A stretch of 64,000 nucleotides of DNA from Rebecca billardiae RCC1528 (lineage: Eukaryota > Protista > Haptophyta): contig OZ251228.1 of assembly GCA_965240325.2 (NCBI GenBank), positions 2,914,001-2,978,000 of the forward strand, written 5' to 3'. The notes under the pieces were generated by a model. That model did no database searches. It saw nothing but the letters and a program-made list of their open reading frames with translations, and was not told the origin of the DNA. A program made the translations under genes and the position numbers. Positions 59,498-64,000 of the stretch are shown piece after piece. Each line of letters opens with the position of its first letter. Positions within the stretch are counted from its first letter, which is position 1.

Positions 59498-62400
59498 GGG
59501 CCGCGCGGCACGGGGCCGGCGCTCGGCGCGGGCGGGCTGCTCGGCGGCTCGCGGCGCGACCGCCTCCCGCGCGCCGCCGTCGTCGACCTCGCCACCGTGC
59601 CCACGCGCGAGCAGGTCGCCATCGTGCGCGGCGCGCGCTTTGCGCTGCTCGCGTCCGCGCACCGCGGCGGCGGCGGCGCGCACCGCGGCGGCGGCGGCGG
59701 CGGTCCGCCGTACGCGGGGCAGTACGCGGGCGGCGCGGAGCGCGGCGGGCGCGGCGGCGGCGGCGGGTACGCCGAGGCCGACGCCCACGCGCCGCACGGC
59801 GGCGGCGGCGGCGGCGCGCTCCTCCAGCTCCCGCCGCTCCACCTGCCGCGCGCGGAGCACGGCGCCGCGGCCGTCGGCTCGGACGGCGCGGCGCTGCAGC
59901 TGGTCGCGGCGCTCGACGGCGGCTCGTCGGACGGCGCGACCGACTCGACGGCGATGGACGCGTTCGGCCGGGTGCGCGGGTACTCGCGCGTGGAGGCGGT
60001 GCAGACCGCCGCCGCCGAGATCGTCGAGATGCTCGACCTCGCCCTCGCCACCGACCCGGGCCTCGGGCGCGCGCGCGCGCCCACGGTCGTCACCTATCAC
60101 GTGGCCGTGCACACGGCGCGCAGGGGCGAGGGCGCGCGCGGCGGCGCGCTCGGCCTGCGCCCGCTCGCGTCGCGCGCGGGGCAGGTGCTGCAGCTGCCCA
60201 CGCTGCCGCTCGAGCGCGCCAACCTGGTGCGCTCGTACGACGCGGGCGGCGGCGCGGGCGGCGCCCTCTGGGGGCTGGGCTGGCTCACCTCCGCCGCGGG
60301 GCCGGGCGCGCAGCGCTCGGCGCAGCGCTCGGCGGCCGCGCGCTTCTTGCTCGGCGGCGGCGGCGCGGCCGAGGGCTCGAGCTACGCGGGCGACCTGTTC
60401 GTGCCCGGCCGGGTGGACGTGTTCCACGTGCAGATCGGCGCCGACCCCGACGCGGTGCACGGCGCCGAGCTCGCCTTCCAGGTGCGCCCGCGCCCGCGCA
60501 CCGCCCGCGCCGCCCGCGCCCCCGCCGCGCGCGCGCGAGGGCGCGCGCGCGCGCGCCGCGCCGCCGCGCACCGCCGCCCACCGCCTCGCGCGCGCGCGCG
60601 CGCCCTCGCGCCGCGCCGCGCGCAGGCGTACGGCGCGGGGTCGAAGGAGTGGTACATCGAGCAGGTGACGCTCACGCACCCCGCCTCCGGCCGCTCGTGG
60701 CTGCTGCACGGCGACGCGTCGAGCGCGGACGAGCTGATCGGCGCGGCGCTCGGGCCGAGCGGCGGCGGCCGCGGCGGCGCGCGGCGCGGCCGCGCGCCGC
60801 CGCCGCCGCCGCCGCCGGGCGCGGCCGCGCGCGCCGACGGCGGCGCGGAGGGCGGCGGCGCGGCGAGCGGCGTGGTCGGCGGCGGCGGCGCGCTCGCGCA
60901 CCTGCCCACGCGCGTGCGCGCCAACGCCGCCGTCACGCTGCGCGCGCAGGCCACGTACGAGCTGCGCATCGCCGCGCACATCGGCGAGGGCGGCGGCTAC
61001 GCTTACGGCGGCGGGCTCAACGCGCTCGCCGAGCTGGTGGTCACGCTGCACGGCGCGCGCGCGAGCAGCGGGCCGATCACGCTGGGCGAGGGGCGGCGCG
61101 CGCTGGGCTCGCTGCCCGCCGCGGCGCCCGGCGCGGGCCGCGCGTACCACGCCGACCCGACCCGCTTCATCGCGCACTACGACGACGACGGCGCGCCGCT
61201 CGCCGGGCTCGGCCCGATCCGGGAGCTCGAGCTCGCGCGCCGGCGCGCGCCGGGCGACTCGGCCGCGCCCGTCTTCGTGGCGCACGTGGGCGTGTGGGCG
61301 CGCGACACGAACCACGTGGCGCACTTCGCGTGCCACGAGTGGCTGCTGCCGGGCGGCACGACCGACGGCTCGGCGGACAGCGTGCTCGTCGACGAGGTCT
61401 CGGTGCTGCCCTCGTTTGTGCCCGCCGCGCAGTGGGGCCACAGACTGCTGCGCGCGGCCGACACGCACGTGTGCTCGCCGCCCGGCGCGCCCTCCGCGCC
61501 CGAGCTGTCGCTGCACGAGGTGCACGCGCCGAGGGGCGCGGAGGGCGGGGCGGGCGCGCAGCTGGCGGGCGCGGAGGCCGGCGCCGCCGCCGACGCCGCG
61601 CCCGCCGCGCCGCCGCTCTCGCCGCGCCGCCGACCCGCCGACGCGCCGGGCGCGCGCGCGCACTCGCAGTCGGTGCGCGTCGCGTGGCACGGCCCCGCGG
61701 CCTTTGGCGCCGCGGCGACGGCCGAGTGCCGCTGGGTGCTGCAGTGGGCGGCGGAGGGCGGCGGCGCGCACGAGGTGTTCGAGGAGGAGATCAGCGTCGC
61801 GCTCTCCCTCGACGAGGCGCGCCGCGCCGCCGAGCGCGCGCACGCGCCCTCCGCGTTCGCGTACGAGCGGCCGCTCGGCAGGCTGCTCGGCCGGCTCGCG
61901 CCGCGCCGCACGTATGTGCTGCGCGTGGCGGCGGTGCACGCCACGTTCGGCCGCGGGCCCTTCTCGCCGCCGGCGAGGCTGCAGCTCTCGCGCGCGGCGG
62001 GCGGCGCGGCGTACTCGCTGTGGGCGCGCGCGCTCGGCGCGCGCCGCGCGCACGACCCCGCCGCGTCGCACCCCGCCGTCACGTGGCGGCCGCTGCCGTT
62101 TGCCGCGGTGCGCGCGGCCGTGCGGCTGGGCGGCCACCCGCACCCGCCGCCCGGCGCCGGGCCGGCGCGCGCGCCGCCCGCGCTCGCGCGGCGCGCGCCG
62201 TTCGCCACGGCGGTCGCGGCGGGCGGCATCCGCCTCCTCGGCGACGCCGAGCTCGCGGACGACGGCCTCGAGCTCACCCCGCTCCGCAAGGGCGTCGGGC
62301 TGTGCGGCGCCGCGTGGGCGACCACGCCCGTGCGCATCGCGGACGGCTTTGAGACGGAGTTCGTGCTCGGCATGGGGCGGCCCGCGGGGGAGGCGCTGGG

Positions 62401-63844
62401 CGGGGACGGGCTGGCGTTCGTGCTGCACGCGGACCCGGTGGGCGCGGACGCGCTCGGCGGCGCGGGGCTGCAGCTCGGGTACGAGGGGCTCGTCAACTGC
62501 CTCGCCGTGCAGGTGCGTGTGTGCGTGCGTGTGCGTGCGCGTGCGTGCGTGCGTGCGTGCGTGCGCGCGCGTGCGTGCGTGCACGCGCGCGCGTCGCAGC
62601 GCGCCCGGCGGCGGTGCGCGCCGCCCGGCTCACGCGCCGCGCCACGCGCCCAACGCGCTGCGCCGCGCGCGCCCCGGCCGCAGTTCGTCTCCAACCCCTC
62701 CTTCGCCGGCGGCGACAGCGCAGCGCGCCGCTCGGCGGGGGCGCGCCGGCGCGCGCGCGGCTCGGACACCGAGTCTGACGAGGAGCGCGGCGGAGGGCGC
62801 TCCGGGTACGACAGCAGCAGCAGCAGCAGCTCGGACGAGGGCGGCGGCGCGGACTCGGAGCGGCGGCTCGGGCGGCGCGCGGCGCGCGGCGCCTCGTCCC
62901 GCCGCCGCGCGCTCGAGCACACCGAGCTCGTCGCCGTCCCGTCGCGGCCGGGCGTGCTGCGCGTGCCGCTCGCGTGGTCGGGCCGCGAGTGCATCGACCC
63001 GCACTCGGGCGAGCACTTCATCGCGCCCACGTTCAGGCGGCACGCGCAGCTGAGCGCGAGGCGCAAGGCGCGGCAGCTGTCGGCGCGCGCGAGGCTCGAG
63101 GCCGAGCGGCGCAGCGCCGACTACGGCCGCCGCCGCTCGCACCTGCACAACACGGTCAGCCTGCAGTCCAACGGTGCGCGCGCGCGCGCCGCGGCGCTCG
63201 TGCGAGCCTCCCAGCGCGCGCGGCCCCCCCGCCCCCGCCCCCCCCCCTTCCGCCGCTCACGCGCCGCTCGGCCGCGCACGCCCGCCGCCCGCCTCGCCGC
63301 CGCCCCGTGGCGCAGGCGAGAAGCCCAACTCGCCGCGCGCCGACTGCACGCTCGCGCGCGCCGCGCTGACGCACACGCAGCTCGACGACGGCGCGCCCAA
63401 GCGCGTGCGCATCGTGCTCGAGCCGTCGCGGTACGAGAGGGAGGCGGGCGCGGCCGAGTCGGCGCTCGGCTCGATGCGGCTGATGGTGTACGTGGCCGAC
63501 CTGCACGACAGCGCCGCCAACACGCAGGTGCGCGCGCGCGCGCGGCCGCTCGCCGCGGGCGCGGCGTCGTGCGCGGCCGTGCTCCCTCACTGACTCGCTC
63601 GCTCGCTCGCTCGCTCACGCGCGCCCACGCCCACGGCCGCCTCACTGTGCCCCCCTGTGCTCAGGCGGTGCTCAACATGGAGGTGGACCTGGGCTCTCTC
63701 TTCCGGCACTGGAAGGGCGGCGCCATGTACGCGGGCTTCACCGCCTCGACCGGCCGGCTGTACGGCTCGCACGCGATCAGCGAGTGGACCTTCTACGAGG
63801 TGGTCAACGGCGAGCGCCACGCCGGCCGCCGCTCGGTCTTCTGA
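52766..63844 (+). CDS. Giant multidomain protein (~3494 aa): C2, uncharacterised beta-barrel, C2, coiled coils, 2x PLAT/LH2, FN3, legume (L-type) lectin-like domain; 5 exons
   Basis: join(52766..60481, 60626..62512, 62684..63173, 63316..63527, 63665..63844) = 10485 nt, four GT-AG introns. C2: DQTLGEVQLPL; LNPYVELAVG...GPRFSERF. PLAT: FVPGRVDVFHV...WYIEQVTL; LGPIRELEL...HFACHEWL. FN3: LAPRRTYVLRVAAV...GRGPFS. Lectin: LELTP...GAAW...GDGLAFVL...LAVQF...YAGFTASTG...HAISEWTF. Confidence 0.83.
62513..62580. repeat. (GCGT/GT)n alternating purine-pyrimidine microsatellite at the 5' end of intron 2 of the giant gene
   Basis: GTGCGTGTGTGCGTGCGTGTGCGTGCGCGTGCGTGCGT... read directly. Confidence 0.85.
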
Positions 63845-64000
63845 GACGTTGGAACTAGCAGTTTTACTCCGATTCTTTACCCGCACCCATCGGTTCGCGG
63901 TGGTTTGACGCGATGGGAAATCTCAAATCTGGCATATGATACCTCCATACAATCATAATCTGAGGTCGATCACAATCACACCTCGACCGCGGATTCACAT

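Noticed and set aside
52703-62584. 3293-aa antisense ORF and other long shadow ORFs over the genes
   Set aside because: Antisense or alternate-frame openness is expected from extreme GC3 bias; no recognisable domains.
35585-64000. Transposable element or viral insertion
   Set aside because: No transposase, RT, integrase or capsid motifs, and no TIR/LTR pairs seen.

Overview
Very GC-rich eukaryotic genomic DNA. Short GC-rich spliceosomal introns and a plastid ALB3 with a bipartite presequence point to a secondary-plastid alga, most likely a high-GC haptophyte such as a Pavlovales member (taxon is inference). Bases 1-35.6 kb are two abutting tandem satellite arrays. Sat-A (1-~24.5 kb) has 213/227-bp monomers, about 110 copies, and runs off the left edge. 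Sat-B (~24.6-35.6 kb) has a 222-bp monomer, about 50 copies. Both are built on 14-bp quasi-palindromic modules, carry higher-order repeats and appear distantly homologous. Together they look like a centromere-type or heterochromatic block. The ORFs called there are artefacts. From 35.8 kb there are eight tightly packed genes in strictly alternating orientation: (1) a 5-exon, ~1960-aa formin whose N-terminus resembles a tandem pair of degenerate soluble-adenylyl-cyclase (ADCY10-like) domains, the most novel item here; (2) an ankyrin/Cys-His protein; (3) a signal peptide-C2-TM protein; (4) plastid ALB3, with a GC-AG intron; (5) LTO1/ORAOV1; (6) a tandem-Tudor + AlkB-type dioxygenase; (7) a YrhK-like membrane protein; (8) a ~3494-aa C2/beta-barrel/C2/PLAT/PLAT/FN3/L-lectin protein. 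All gene models and domain calls were made by eye and have not been database-verified.
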